A DNA stretch of 64,000 nucleotides, taken from assembly GCA_963724765.1 (NCBI GenBank), contig CAVRVY010000004.1, forward strand, positions 1,184,001-1,248,000. Direction: 5' to 3'. Below the pieces are notes generated by a model that was given only the letters and a program-made list of their open reading frames with translations, was not told where the DNA came from and did not search any database. A program made the translations under genes and the position numbers. This document shows positions 20,311-30,659 of this stretch, piece after piece. Each line of letters starts with the position of its first letter. Position 1 is the first letter of the stretch. The DNA comes from an uncultured delta proteobacterium (lineage in GTDB: Bacteria > Desulfobacterota > Binatia > Binatales > Binataceae).

Positions 20311-20451
20311 GCGGCGCGAAACGCCATACCGCGAGCGCCTCGTTTGCATCGGGGCGTATCCCGGGACTAGGCTTCGCCATCCCCGCACCGGCCCAACGTC
20401 CGCTGCAAAGACTTAATTCGGCGCGGCAACCGCAACGGAGGAACAGGCGCG

Positions 20452-21012
20452 ATGGCGCTGCTACCGTACGTCGACGAATCGAAGGCTTCCGACAAGACCC
20501 GCGAAATCCTGGGCAACACCCCGCGCAAGATGAACGTCGCCCGCATGATCGCCAACAGCAGCGACGCGGTGTTCCAGAATTTCTCGCGCCTGGGTCACTC
20601 GCTGCTGACGCGCGCGAAGCTCGACAGTAAACTGCGTGAGATCGCGATCCTGCGCACTGCCAAGCTCACCGGCTCGGTCTACGAATGGACCCAGCACGTG
20701 CCGATCGCGAAAGCCTGCGGAGTCAGCAACGAACAGATGGCGGCGATGGAAAGTTGGGAAGGCACCAAGTGCTTCGACGAAGTCGAACGCCTGGTGCTCA
20801 CGCTCACCGACGAGGTCACGCGCAACATCAAGGGCAGCAAGCGAACGCTCGATGCGCTGAAAAAGCATCTCGGCACCACGGAACTAGTCGAGCTGATCCT
20901 TTCGATCGGCTTCTGGGGCATGGTGGCGCGGCTGCTCGAGACCACTGAAGTCGACCTCGAGGACTTCGCCGGCAAGCTCAATATGCTGGAACGCGGCCCG
21001 CGCAAATCCTAG
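20452..21012 (+). CDS. Carboxymuconolactone decarboxylase/AhpD-like protein
   Basis: LREIAILR, YEWTQH, ELVEL pattern. Confidence 0.8.
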   Translation: MALLPYVDESKASDKTREILGNTPRKMNVARMIANSSDAVFQNFSRLGHSLLTRAKLDSKLREIAILRTAKLTGSVYEWTQHVPIAKACGVSNEQMAAMESWEGTKCFDEVERLVLTLTDEVTRNIKGSKRTLDALKKHLGTTELVELILSIGFWGMVARLLETTEVDLEDFAGKLNMLERGPRKS

Positions 21013-21014
21013 CT

Positions 21015-21854
21015 TTACGGCGCTGGGACAATAGCACCTGCCGTGCTGCGCGCTTTCTCCGCTGCCAGCGCCGGTGGCAGCGAGGAATCCCAGAGGCTCG
21101 CGACAAAGCGAGCGCCGGTAACCGCATCGGCCATCTCTGACACGAGCCACAGGAGCGGCTGCACCACGATCTCAGGACGGAACAGCCGGCTGCGGAATTC
21201 AGGCGCAATATCGCCTGGGACCATCCCGGTGTCAGTTGCTCCGCCTGGCAGCAATGAGTTGACGGTCACCCCGGTCCCGGCCAGATCCTGCGCCCAAATG
21301 ATCGTCTCCGACTCGAGCGCCGCCTTGGAAGGTCCGTACGGAGCGAACCCGGCCCGGCGCATCGTCTCATAGTTCATGGAGATGTTGATGATGCGGCCCC
21401 AGTGCTGTTTGAGCATATGGGGCACCACCGCACGCGCCATCAGAAACGGCCCGGTCACGTTAGTGTCGACGATCATCCGCCACACTGCCGGGTCGGTCTG
21501 CCAGAACTTCGTCGGAGTGTCGAGGAAATTCTCGCTGACGAAACGCATCCCGCGCCCGGCATTGTTCACCAGGATGTGGATCGAGCCAAACTCGCGGATG
21601 GCCTCGCTTACCACGAGCAGACCGTCCTGTTCACTCGTGACATCAGCCGTCAACCCGCGGACGGTCCCCGCCTGTAAGGTCTTCGCTTCATCCGCGACCG
21701 CTTCGATTTCATGACGGCCGCGCGCGGCCGTAATCACTACGTTCGCCCCGGCCCGGGCTAAGCCCAACACCATCGCGCGCCCCAGTCCGCGGCCGCCGCC
21801 AGTGACTATTGCCGTCTTGCCCGCAAGTTTTCCCACAAGTTCGCCGTTCGGCAT
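21015..21854 (-). CDS. Short-chain dehydrogenase/reductase
   Basis: TGGGRGLG, LVNNAG, YGPSK; start MPNGEL chosen. Confidence 0.88.
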   Translation of the reverse strand: MPNGELVGKLAGKTAIVTGGGRGLGRAMVLGLARAGANVVITAARGRHEIEAVADEAKTLQAGTVRGLTADVTSEQDGLLVVSEAIREFGSIHILVNNAGRGMRFVSENFLDTPTKFWQTDPAVWRMIVDTNVTGPFLMARAVVPHMLKQHWGRIINISMNYETMRRAGFAPYGPSKAALESETIIWAQDLAGTGVTVNSLLPGGATDTGMVPGDIAPEFRSRLFRPEIVVQPLLWLVSEMADAVTGARFVASLWDSSLPPALAAEKARSTAGAIVPAP

Positions 21855-21909
21855 TTGCGTGTGCTCGTCCGGTTCAATCCGCGCGCAGGCCCGCGACCGA
21901 ATTCGGCCA

Positions 21910-23202
21910 TCAACTGTTGCGCGCGCGGCCGGCGAACCATAGATAGCCGTCGCTGTCGCGCGAGGCCAGGTCGCCGGTGAAGTAGTAATCCCCGCGAAAC
22001 GCCGCCGCATTCGCTGCGGGATTTTTCCAGTACTCCAACAAAAGCGAGGGCGGCCGCTGGGGATTTATCCGGATCACGATCTCGCCTGTCTCGCCGTCGC
22101 CCGCCTCTTTGTCCTCGGCGCCGAGCACGCGAACGTCGTGACCGAGGAACGGCTGCCCCATCGAACCCGGCTTAATTTCCATTCCCGGCGTATTGGCCGC
22201 GACGATGGCCGTCTCGGCCTGTCCATAGCCGTCGTGGATTGTAAGTCCTAAACCGTCACGCCAGACGCCGATGATTTCCGAATTGAGCGCTTCGCCGGTG
22301 GCGGTGCAATGGCGCAGAGTCGGGAGCTTGTGGGATGCGAGGTCCTCTTGCATCAGCCGCAGGTATTCCGTGGGTGTCGCGCACAGCGTCGCGATCGAAT
22401 AGCGCGCGAGCAACTCCAGTTGCTTTCGAGGCTCGAGGACGCCGTTGTACATGAAGGTCGTAACCCCGTTCATCCACGGGCCGAACAGCTCGCCGTACCC
22501 CGCCTTGGCCGATCCGGTGTCCGCAGGGGCCCAGTGCAATTCGCCCGGACGCACGTCGAGCCAGCGGCTCCCGGTGTAACGCTGGCACCAGCTGTAGGCA
22601 TGGCTGTGCAGCACAGCCATGGGTTCGTCCGCGGCGCCGGAAGTGTAGAGGCAAAGCGCGGGATCGCTCGCGCGCGTACGCACCGGCGAAAAGTTGGCCG
22701 AGGCCTGGCCCATCGAGGCCCGCATCCCGAGCCATCCGCTGCGCGGGCTGCCCGCGATGAGATAGTGCTTGAGCGCCGGACATCGGTTGCGCAGGTCGCT
22801 GATGAGGCTGGCGTTCTCGACCGCGGCGATGATCGCGACCGCGCCCGAATGAGTGGCGCGGTAAACGAAGTCCTTGTCGCGCAGCGCCGCGCCGCATGGG
22901 ATCACGATCGCGCCGGCCTTGAGCGCGCCCACGTAAGCCGCCTGCCACAGCGTGATGCGCGGCAGCGCGATCATCACCGGGTCGCCCGGCTTGACCCCGA
23001 GACCCGCCAGCACGTTGGCGAAACGGTTGGACTGTTCGCGAATGTCGGCGAAGCACAAACGCGCGCGGTTACCGTCCTGGTCCTCGCACAGGATCGCGGG
23101 GCGGCCCGGCTCGGCGCCGAAGGCGTCGATGGTCGCGCCAAAATTGAAGTGCTCCGGCACCTCCCAGCGGAAGTCGCGGTATGAATTTTCGTAGTCGCTC
23201 AT
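21910..23202 (-). CDS. Acyl-CoA synthetase-like AMP-binding protein, C-terminally truncated with a degenerate P-loop
   Basis: YTSGAADEPMAV, YGQAET, GSMG, TGD, WFAGR then stop. Confidence 0.75.
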   Translation of the reverse strand: MSDYENSYRDFRWEVPEHFNFGATIDAFGAEPGRPAILCEDQDGNRARLCFADIREQSNRFANVLAGLGVKPGDPVMIALPRITLWQAAYVGALKAGAIVIPCGAALRDKDFVYRATHSGAVAIIAAVENASLISDLRNRCPALKHYLIAGSPRSGWLGMRASMGQASANFSPVRTRASDPALCLYTSGAADEPMAVLHSHAYSWCQRYTGSRWLDVRPGELHWAPADTGSAKAGYGELFGPWMNGVTTFMYNGVLEPRKQLELLARYSIATLCATPTEYLRLMQEDLASHKLPTLRHCTATGEALNSEIIGVWRDGLGLTIHDGYGQAETAIVAANTPGMEIKPGSMGQPFLGHDVRVLGAEDKEAGDGETGEIVIRINPQRPPSLLLEYWKNPAANAAAFRGDYYFTGDLASRDSDGYLWFAGRARNS

Positions 23203-23233
23203 CAGCGGCACGTCCGCGCGAATCCAGCACGCG

Positions 23234-24955
23234 TCAGGAGCGCGGGCGGCCATGATGGCCGCCGCTGTTGCGGCGCTCGGCGGGCGGCGCCTGCGAGCGC
23301 TCGGCGGCGGCCTGGATGTATTTCAGGGTGACCGGCGAAAGATCGTCACGGCCGACCTTGGCGTCGATGATCGCGAAACCGGCGCCGCGATGAGCGGCTT
23401 CAAGGGCGCTGCGCAGTTCGGCCGGGTTGTGCGCGTCGAAACCGGTTCCGCCCCAGTCCTCACCCAATCGCGCGTAGGGCCATGGCGGGATATCGAGCAG
23501 GTCGCGCCGCTCGCTCGCGACGGGCCGGAAGATGCCCCATCCACCGTTGTTGATTATGATCACGATCGGATTGGCGCCGAAGATCGGCGCGTGCGAGATT
23601 TCCGGGCCGGTCATCTGAAAGCCACCGTCGCCGCAGAGCACGATCGGACGCACGCCCGATCCCACTTGCGCACCCAGCGCGGCCGGCACCGCGAAACCCA
23701 TCGAAGCGTAAAATCCCTGTGCCAGGTAGGTTCCGTTGTGCGGCACGCGTACGTCCAGTCCGCCGAACAGCATGTCGCCCGACTCGGCCACCACCATGTA
23801 GCGCTTATGCGCGGCGAGAAACTCGTTGACCACCGTAAGGATCTCGCCGACCCGCAGCGGCGCGCCGCCGCCGTTGGCGGCGCCCGCCGCTTCGCGCAGA
23901 TTGTCGGCGTAATGCACGGTCTCGTCGTGATGCTGGATGCTCTGCTTGCGCAGTGCGCGCACGAAATCACGCACCCCGACATTCATATAGGTGTGATACT
24001 TGACGTCGACGCGCCGGTCGACCGCCCACACCGACTTGCCTTCGATGATATGCGGCGGGCGATTGCCGAAGTTCATGTCGGTCTTCAGGCAGCCGAGGTT
24101 CAGCACGAAATCCGCCTCGTCCATGCGGGCTACGATCGGCGGCGGGCTTATCGGCCCGACGTGCACGCCCATGTACAACGGATGGTCCATCGGGAAGGCG
24201 CCCTTGCCGAGCACCGTGGTCATCACCGGCGCGCCCATCTGCTCGGCCAGCTCGACCAGCTCGCGCGCGGCTTTATAGCGATGGATCTCGATGCCCGCGA
24301 TCAGCACCGGCTTGCGGCTTTCGTTGAACATCGCGGCGGTCTCGCGCGCCGCCTCTTCAAGCCGGCGAGCGTCGGATTCGTGAAAGCGCAGATGGCCGTC
24401 CCATTCCAGCACTTCGTCGGGCACCTCGATCTCACGGTCGACCATGTCGCGATGGATCTCAATGTAGCCGGGGCGCTGCTCGGCCCAGATCGCGCGCACC
24501 ACGTCGTGCAGTTGCATCGCGGCGCGGCGCGGGTCGGTCAACACGGCCGAGGCGCAAGTGACCTCCTGGTAGATGCGATGCTGCGATTCTATTTCGCGCG
24601 CCTGATGGTGAATCAGGGTGCCCAGCTTGCGCTCCTCCTCGCCAGGGCCGCCTGACAGAATGAGCAGCGGTACGCGCTCGGAAAACGATCCCGCCACCGG
24701 GTTGACCGTGTTGTGGCCCCCAGCGCCATAGGTCACGCAGATCACGCCGATTTTGCCGGTGGCGCGCGCGTAGCCGTCGGCCGCGAAACCGACCCCCGGC
24801 TCGTGCGAAAAGGTCAGGATTTGTGGTCCTTCGCGCCTGCCCAGCGCAAAAAACAGCTTGAGGGCCAGATCGCCCGGAATACCGAAAACGTGGGTTACAC
24901 TGATCTTCCGCAGGTAAGCGACCAGGAAGTCGCCCATCGACATATGCCGTTTCAA
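23234..24955 (-). CDS. TPP-dependent 2-oxoacid decarboxylase (indolepyruvate/phenylpyruvate decarboxylase family)
   Basis: FGIPGD, HEPGVGFAADGYAR, IHHQ, GDGGFQMTG..NN; TTG start after GGAGAGGAGG. Confidence 0.85.
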   Translation of the reverse strand: MKRHMSMGDFLVAYLRKISVTHVFGIPGDLALKLFFALGRREGPQILTFSHEPGVGFAADGYARATGKIGVICVTYGAGGHNTVNPVAGSFSERVPLLILSGGPGEEERKLGTLIHHQAREIESQHRIYQEVTCASAVLTDPRRAAMQLHDVVRAIWAEQRPGYIEIHRDMVDREIEVPDEVLEWDGHLRFHESDARRLEEAARETAAMFNESRKPVLIAGIEIHRYKAARELVELAEQMGAPVMTTVLGKGAFPMDHPLYMGVHVGPISPPPIVARMDEADFVLNLGCLKTDMNFGNRPPHIIEGKSVWAVDRRVDVKYHTYMNVGVRDFVRALRKQSIQHHDETVHYADNLREAAGAANGGGAPLRVGEILTVVNEFLAAHKRYMVVAESGDMLFGGLDVRVPHNGTYLAQGFYASMGFAVPAALGAQVGSGVRPIVLCGDGGFQMTGPEISHAPIFGANPIVIIINNGGWGIFRPVASERRDLLDIPPWPYARLGEDWGGTGFDAHNPAELRSALEAAHRGAGFAIIDAKVGRDDLSPVTLKYIQAAAERSQAPPAERRNSGGHHGRPRS

Positions 24956-25094
24956 CCGCGAGCCCTCCTCTCCGTCCTGCGTGTCACTGTAGCAGATTGG
25001 CGCCCCGCGCTCCCGCCTAATCCGTCTGGCCTTGGGCCTGAGGCCAGGGTGGAGTATAAAAGGAGAGCAAGCCGTGTTTAGTCGAATTCTCAGG

Positions 25095-25388
25095 ATGCAA
25101 TTGATGGGCCCGCTGCAGATGCGCGGGCTAATAATGTTTTTGCCGCAGTTCGTCCGCGTGTTCTGGCGTCTGATGCACGACGCGCGGGTCACCATGCTGG
25201 CCAAGGCGGTGCCGTTCCTAGGACTCCTGACCCTGATTTCACCGCCGCTGCTGGAACTCGACTTCATTCCAATTGTCGGCGAACTGGACTGGATCCTTGT
25301 CGGTTTCATCTGCCTCAAGATCTTCATCTGGATGTGCCCGCCCGACGTGGTGCGTGAGCACGTAAGCAACGTCGCGCGCGGCGCCTAG
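25095..25388 (+). CDS. YkvA/DUF1232 family protein
   Basis: DARV...AK, ISP...DFIPIVGELD. Confidence 0.7.
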   Translation: MQLMGPLQMRGLIMFLPQFVRVFWRLMHDARVTMLAKAVPFLGLLTLISPPLLELDFIPIVGELDWILVGFICLKIFIWMCPPDVVREHVSNVARGA

Positions 25389-25409
25389 CGCTGGGGGGAG
25401 CCCATATAG

Positions 25410-28190
25410 ATGCGACCGCGGATTATCCTGTTCGGCCTTGCTGCGCTCATTATCGTCATCCTGATTGTCCTGGGGCTCGCCGATGAGCTGCTGGTCGATC
25501 TCTTATGGTTCGGCGTGCTCGGCTACCGCTCGGTCTTCCTGACTCAGCTCGGCGCTCAGGTCACGATCTTCGTGGCCGTGTGGTTCGTGGCCTTCGTCGC
25601 CATATGCGTCAGCGGCTTCGTCGCGTTGGGCCTGAGCCAGGAGCGCGAGCGGCTCCACATCGTGCGCCGCTCCGAGGAGATGACCGAGGTCAATCTACCC
25701 GAGCTGATTCGCGCTTTCGGCGACCGTATTCCCTGGCGGCTGCTGGTGGTCGCGGCCTCGGCCCTGCTCGGCCTCTTCGCGGCTTCGGGCGAGGCGTCGT
25801 CATGGGATACCTACTTGAAAGGGTTCTACGCGGTGCCTTTTGGCCACACGGATCCGGCTTTCGGCAAGAACCTCGCATTCTACATCTTCACCCTGCCGCT
25901 GCTGGAAGACTGGCGCGACCTTTTCATGCTGATCCTGTTCCTGACCGCCGTGGTGACGGGCGTCGTCTACTGGGCACGCGGGGCGCTGGATTTCCGTGAC
26001 TCGCCCCCGCGTATCTCACGCGGCGCCGCTGCACATTTCTCTGTACTGCTCGCCGTCTTCTTCCTGCAGCGTGCGATGAACTACTGGCTGGCGCGCCCCG
26101 AACTGCTCCTGCATAGCAACGGAGTCGTCTACGGCCTGCGTTACGTCGATCACGTGCTATGGGAACCGGGCGTGTGGCTGCTGGTGGTGCTATCGTTGGT
26201 GGCCGCCGGAATCTGTCTGGCCAACCTGGGACAGCGCGGGCTCAGGCTGCCGGTATTCGCGGTGATCGTCCTGTTCGGCCCGGCGATCCTGCTCAACCTA
26301 ATCCAGCCGGTAATCGAGAAACTGTACGTCAAGCCCGACGAGCTGCGGGTCGAGAAGCCGTACCTCGAGCGCAACATCGCACTGACCCGCATGGCCTATC
26401 ATCTCGATAGCGTCGACGTGCGGCAGTTCAACGGCAAGGGCACTCTCACGCGGGCCTCGCTCGAACAGGATGCGCCCACCGTCAACAATATCCGGCTGTG
26501 GGACCCGCGCCCGCTGCTCGCGACCTACCGCCAGCTCCAGGAAATCCGCCTCTACTACGATTTCCAGGACGTGGACATCGACCGCTACTGGATCAATGGC
26601 AAGTATACGGAGGTGATGCTCTCGCCGCGCGAGCTCAATATCTCACTGCTGCCGGACAACGCTCAGACCTGGGTCAACCGCCATCTCAAGTTCACCCATG
26701 GCAGCGGCCTTACGATGAGCCCGGTCAATGCCAAGGACAGCGAAGGACTGCCGGTCTTTTATATCAAGAACATCCCGGCCGAATCCGACGTCGGGTTCAA
26801 GGTCCCGCAACCGGCTATCTACTTCGGCCAGGAGCCGGACAGCTATGCGATCGTCAAGGCAGCGACCCCGGAATTTGACTATCCATTGGGGGCCGACAAC
26901 GTCTACTCATATTACAAGGGCAAGGGCGGCGTACCGGTCAGCGGACTGATTCGCCGCTTGCTGTTCAGCTACTTCTACCGCGATATCAACCTGCTGGTGA
27001 CCAGCAATATCCTCGAGGGCAGCCGCATCATGATTCGGCGCAACATAAGCGACCGCGTCGCGCGCCTAGCGCCATTTCTGGGCCAGGACCGCGATCCTTA
27101 CCTGGTGCTGCATGACGGCCATCTGGTTTGGATCCTCGACTGCTACACCACCAGCGATCATTTTCCCTATTCGCAGCGCAATACCGAGGGCATCAACTAT
27201 ATCCGCAACTCGGTCAAGGTGGTGGTAGACGCTTACAACGGCACCACGGATTTCTATGTCGCCGACCCCGCCGATCCGATCATCCGGACCTGGCAGCGGA
27301 TTTTCCCCGCGATGTTCAAGCCGATGTCGGCCATGTCCGACGATTTGCGCCAGCACATCCGTTATCCCGAAGACTATTTCCTGATTCAGGCCGACATCTA
27401 TCGGACCTATCATATGATCGACCCGGCCGTGTTCTACAACCGCGAAGACCAGTGGGGTTTCCCGCGCGAGAACTACGCCGACGAGACCGTGCCGATGCAG
27501 CCCTACTACGTAGTCATGCGGCTCCCCGGCGAGACCCACGACGAATACATACTGATGCTGCCGATGGTGCCGGAGAGCCGCGGCACGGTGCGTGACAATA
27601 TGATTTCGTGGCTGGCCGCGCGCTGCGACGGCACTGATTATGGCCATCTGTTCGAGTTCGCCTTCTCCAAGGATCGCCTGTTCTACGGCCCTTACCAGAT
27701 CCAGGCGCGCATCAACCAGAATCCTGACATTTCGCAACAGTATTCGCTGTGGAACCAGATGGGCTCCAAGGTAATCCTGGGCAACCTGCTGGTCTTCCCG
27801 ATCGAGAACGCGTTGCTGTACGTCGAACCGCTGTACATCCGCGCGCAAACCGGCCAGCTTCCCGAGTTGCAGCGCGTTATCGCCGCCTACAGCGACCGTA
27901 TCGTGATGGGCAACAACCTCGGAAGCGCGCTGAACGCCCTTTTCACCGCGCCGGCCGAAACCCCGCCGCCAACCATCTCTTCCGCCGCGGCGCAGGCGGT
28001 GACGACGGCGATGGCGTCCGGCGGCGCTAAGAAGCCGCCGCCAGCCGTCAAGGGTGACCTCACGGGGGCCAGCATGCATTACAACCGCGCCTTGGCCGCA
28101 CTCAAGACCGGCGACTGGGCCGAGTTCGGCATCGAGATGCAGCAACTCGGCGTGCAACTCGGCCAACCGGCCGAGAAAGCCCAGCATTAG
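25410..28190 (+). CDS. UPF0182 family membrane protein
   Basis: DLLWF..LGY, FG..DP.FG, NIRLWD, FTHG, YPEDYF, GNLLV.PI...LLYVEP. Confidence 0.92.
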   Translation: MRPRIILFGLAALIIVILIVLGLADELLVDLLWFGVLGYRSVFLTQLGAQVTIFVAVWFVAFVAICVSGFVALGLSQERERLHIVRRSEEMTEVNLPELIRAFGDRIPWRLLVVAASALLGLFAASGEASSWDTYLKGFYAVPFGHTDPAFGKNLAFYIFTLPLLEDWRDLFMLILFLTAVVTGVVYWARGALDFRDSPPRISRGAAAHFSVLLAVFFLQRAMNYWLARPELLLHSNGVVYGLRYVDHVLWEPGVWLLVVLSLVAAGICLANLGQRGLRLPVFAVIVLFGPAILLNLIQPVIEKLYVKPDELRVEKPYLERNIALTRMAYHLDSVDVRQFNGKGTLTRASLEQDAPTVNNIRLWDPRPLLATYRQLQEIRLYYDFQDVDIDRYWINGKYTEVMLSPRELNISLLPDNAQTWVNRHLKFTHGSGLTMSPVNAKDSEGLPVFYIKNIPAESDVGFKVPQPAIYFGQEPDSYAIVKAATPEFDYPLGADNVYSYYKGKGGVPVSGLIRRLLFSYFYRDINLLVTSNILEGSRIMIRRNISDRVARLAPFLGQDRDPYLVLHDGHLVWILDCYTTSDHFPYSQRNTEGINYIRNSVKVVVDAYNGTTDFYVADPADPIIRTWQRIFPAMFKPMSAMSDDLRQHIRYPEDYFLIQADIYRTYHMIDPAVFYNREDQWGFPRENYADETVPMQPYYVVMRLPGETHDEYILMLPMVPESRGTVRDNMISWLAARCDGTDYGHLFEFAFSKDRLFYGPYQIQARINQNPDISQQYSLWNQMGSKVILGNLLVFPIENALLYVEPLYIRAQTGQLPELQRVIAAYSDRIVMGNNLGSALNALFTAPAETPPPTISSAAAQAVTTAMASGGAKKPPPAVKGDLTGASMHYNRALAALKTGDWAEFGIEMQQLGVQLGQPAEKAQH

Positions 28191-28227
28191 TCAGTCGGCA
28201 TGTACTAGCATGCATTAGTCAGTCGGC
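28184..28227. repeat. Perfect 16-bp direct repeat flanking a short palindrome
   Basis: GCATTAGTCAGTCGGC at 28184-28199 and 28212-28227. Confidence 0.8.
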
Positions 28228-28256
28228 GCGACAGCGTGCCGCAGGGGGGAGCGAGG

Positions 28257-29894
28257 GTGACCGACCGATCTGTGCTCAGCCGCGCTGAGTCTGGCGCCAT
28301 GGCATACGCGGCGCCGGCCGACTCACTCGCCGGCCGGATGAATACTCTCGCCGCGCTCGCGGCGGCCGCGGCCAGCGGCGGAGCCTGCCTCATCTCATGG
28401 CAGCGCGCAACCGATACCGGCGCCGCCTATGCACCCGCCGACCCCGGATGGGAGCCGGCGCTGTGGGCGATTCTCGGGATGCTCGCGCGTCAGGGCGGCG
28501 CGGATGGACCTGGCGGCGACGCGACGCTCAAGATGAGCGCCGCGGAAGTCGCGCTCCGATGCGGCCGGGCGCTTCCCGTGCAAACCCGCCTCGAAGCGTA
28601 CGGCGTATCGTCGTCGGCCTTGCCTACCGCCCACGCCAGTATCGTGATGCTGGTGCCGCAGGGCGTGCTGCCCTCTCAGAGCGAGGCCCTGCTGAACCTC
28701 GTCCGACGCCAGGCGCTGGCTGAAATCGAGCTCAGTGAAGAAGCTGCCTCGCTATGGTTCTGGCGCGATCGGGCCGCGACCGCGACCGAGCGGCTTGCCG
28801 CCGAGCGCGCGGCGGCGCGGCGCGAGCGCGGCGATAGCGGCCGCGTCGAGCGTGCGATCGCCGCCGCGTTCAAGTTCGCGCCGCGCGAGCGCTGGGCCGG
28901 CCTGGGGCGGCTCTTCGCGGCAACCGGACCGTTTGCCGCCTGGATTGTGGCGGTGGCCGAAGGCGGCGCCGCCGTGCCTCGCGTCGCCGCCGCCTCGGCG
29001 CGTTCGCTGAGCGCCACGCTCCGCCTTGACGGGAAAAGCGCGCTCGCCGACGCGATGCGCCGGCGCGTCACCATCGTGCGCAGCGCCGCGGCGCCGCGCG
29101 GCGGCGTCCTCCACGAGGATGGCGCGTTCAAGAGCTTTGCCGATTATCTTTGCGTTCCGTTCGAGGGCGGCGCGATCGCACTCGCCAGCGCCAAGCCGCT
29201 GGAGGCCGCGGCGCGCGAGCGCGCCGAGACGCTGGCCGCGCGGCTTGGCCCAGTGAGCGCAGGATGGGCCGCGGCCGAGCACGCGGCGCGGCTCCAGGAG
29301 CTGGTGCGCGCGCTGGGCGTGCGGCTGTTCGGCGCGGTCGAGGCAGAGCGCGCGCGCATCGCGCGCGATCTGCATGACGACCAGGCCCAGCTTCTCGCCG
29401 CCGCGCGCCTCGCACTTGAGGGCGGAGGCAACGAAGCGCGCGCCATCTTCGAGCGGCTCGAGGCGGAACTGCGCGTGCGGCTGCGCGAGCTGCGTCCGGC
29501 GGAGCTGGGCAAGCGCGCGCTGGGCGCGGCGCTGCGGGCCGAGCTCGACCGTCTCGCCGCGGGCGGGATGGATACGCAGCTCAAGGGCACCGCAGCCGCC
29601 AATCGCCTTCCCGATAGCGTACGCCAGGTCTGCTACCAGGTCGCGCGCGAAGCGCTGGCCAATATCGTCCGTCACGCCCGCGCCACTCGTGCCGAGATTC
29701 TTATCGAGCGCGACGCCGGCCTCGCGCGCCTCACGGTCAGCGACAACGGCCGCGGAATCGAGCCCGGCGCGCGCGCGGCGGGCGGGATGGGGCTGGGCGG
29801 GCTCGCCGAGCGGCTGGAGCTTCTGGGCGGCGCGATGCGGGTCGAGTCGAGCCGCGGGATGGCCAGGCTGGTGGCCGAGATTCCATTGGAGTAG
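28257..29894 (+). CDS. Soluble sensor histidine kinase (HisKA_3/NarX type)
   Basis: ERARIARDLHD, EALANIVRHA, DNGRG, GMGLGG; start uncertain. Confidence 0.8.
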   Translation: MTDRSVLSRAESGAMAYAAPADSLAGRMNTLAALAAAAASGGACLISWQRATDTGAAYAPADPGWEPALWAILGMLARQGGADGPGGDATLKMSAAEVALRCGRALPVQTRLEAYGVSSSALPTAHASIVMLVPQGVLPSQSEALLNLVRRQALAEIELSEEAASLWFWRDRAATATERLAAERAAARRERGDSGRVERAIAAAFKFAPRERWAGLGRLFAATGPFAAWIVAVAEGGAAVPRVAAASARSLSATLRLDGKSALADAMRRRVTIVRSAAAPRGGVLHEDGAFKSFADYLCVPFEGGAIALASAKPLEAAARERAETLAARLGPVSAGWAAAEHAARLQELVRALGVRLFGAVEAERARIARDLHDDQAQLLAAARLALEGGGNEARAIFERLEAELRVRLRELRPAELGKRALGAALRAELDRLAAGGMDTQLKGTAAANRLPDSVRQVCYQVAREALANIVRHARATRAEILIERDAGLARLTVSDNGRGIEPGARAAGGMGLGGLAERLELLGGAMRVESSRGMARLVAEIPLE

Positions 29895-29905
29895 CGGACG
29901 TGGCG

Positions 29906-30574
29906 ATGGGCAGCGAGCGCATCAGCGTCCTCATCGCCGACGATCATCGCATGTTTCGCGAGGCGTTGCGCTCCGTGCTCGAGCGCGAGTGCGATGTCGT
30001 CGGTGAAGCGGCGAGCGGCGAGGAAGCGGTGGCGCTGGCCGCGCGCTCGCGCCCCGACATCGTGCTGCTGGACGTTGGGATGCCCGGAGTGGGCGGCCTC
30101 AACGCGGCGCATCGTCTGGCCAAGGAAGCGCCGTCCTCCAAGGTCGTGATCCTGAGCCAGCATGACGATGAGGAGTACGTGATCGAGGCGATGGTCGACG
30201 CCGGCGCGGCCGGCTACCTGGTCAAGACCGACGCCGCCGCCGAGTTGCTGAGCGCTTTGCGCGCGGTGGCCATGGGCAAGCACTACCTGAGCGCCGCGGT
30301 CGCACCGGCTGTGCTCGCGCGGCTCAAGAATACTCGCGGAGCGTCCGGCGGCGGCGCGGCGCCGGCAGCGGTAGTAAAACTCACGCGGCGCGAGCGCGAA
30401 GTGCTGAGCCTCATCGGCGAGGGGGCGACCAGCAAAGACATCGCCGCGCGCCTCGGTATCAGCCCCAAGACCGCCCAGGTCCATCGCGACAACCTCAAGC
30501 AGAAGCTCAAGGCGAAATCGACGGCCGCGATGGTGCGTTACGCGATCAAGCACAAGTTGATCCGCGCCGAGTAA
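29906..30574 (+). CDS. NarL/LuxR family response regulator
   Basis: IADDH, LLDVGMP, LTRREREVL...KDIAARLGISPKT. Confidence 0.92.
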   Translation: MGSERISVLIADDHRMFREALRSVLERECDVVGEAASGEEAVALAARSRPDIVLLDVGMPGVGGLNAAHRLAKEAPSSKVVILSQHDDEEYVIEAMVDAGAAGYLVKTDAAAELLSALRAVAMGKHYLSAAVAPAVLARLKNTRGASGGGAAPAAVVKLTRREREVLSLIGEGATSKDIAARLGISPKTAQVHRDNLKQKLKAKSTAAMVRYAIKHKLIRAE

Positions 30575-30659
30575 GACTCCGCCGGTTCGATTTCGCCGCG
30601 CGCTCCGTGATAATTGGAAGGTGGCCGCGAGCCCGCGGCTAAAGGAGCTAGCTACTGCG

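Noticed and set aside
24956-25369. N-terminal extension of the TPP decarboxylase in the ORF track
   Set aside because: Overlaps the YkvA gene; a strong RBS precedes the TTG at 24955
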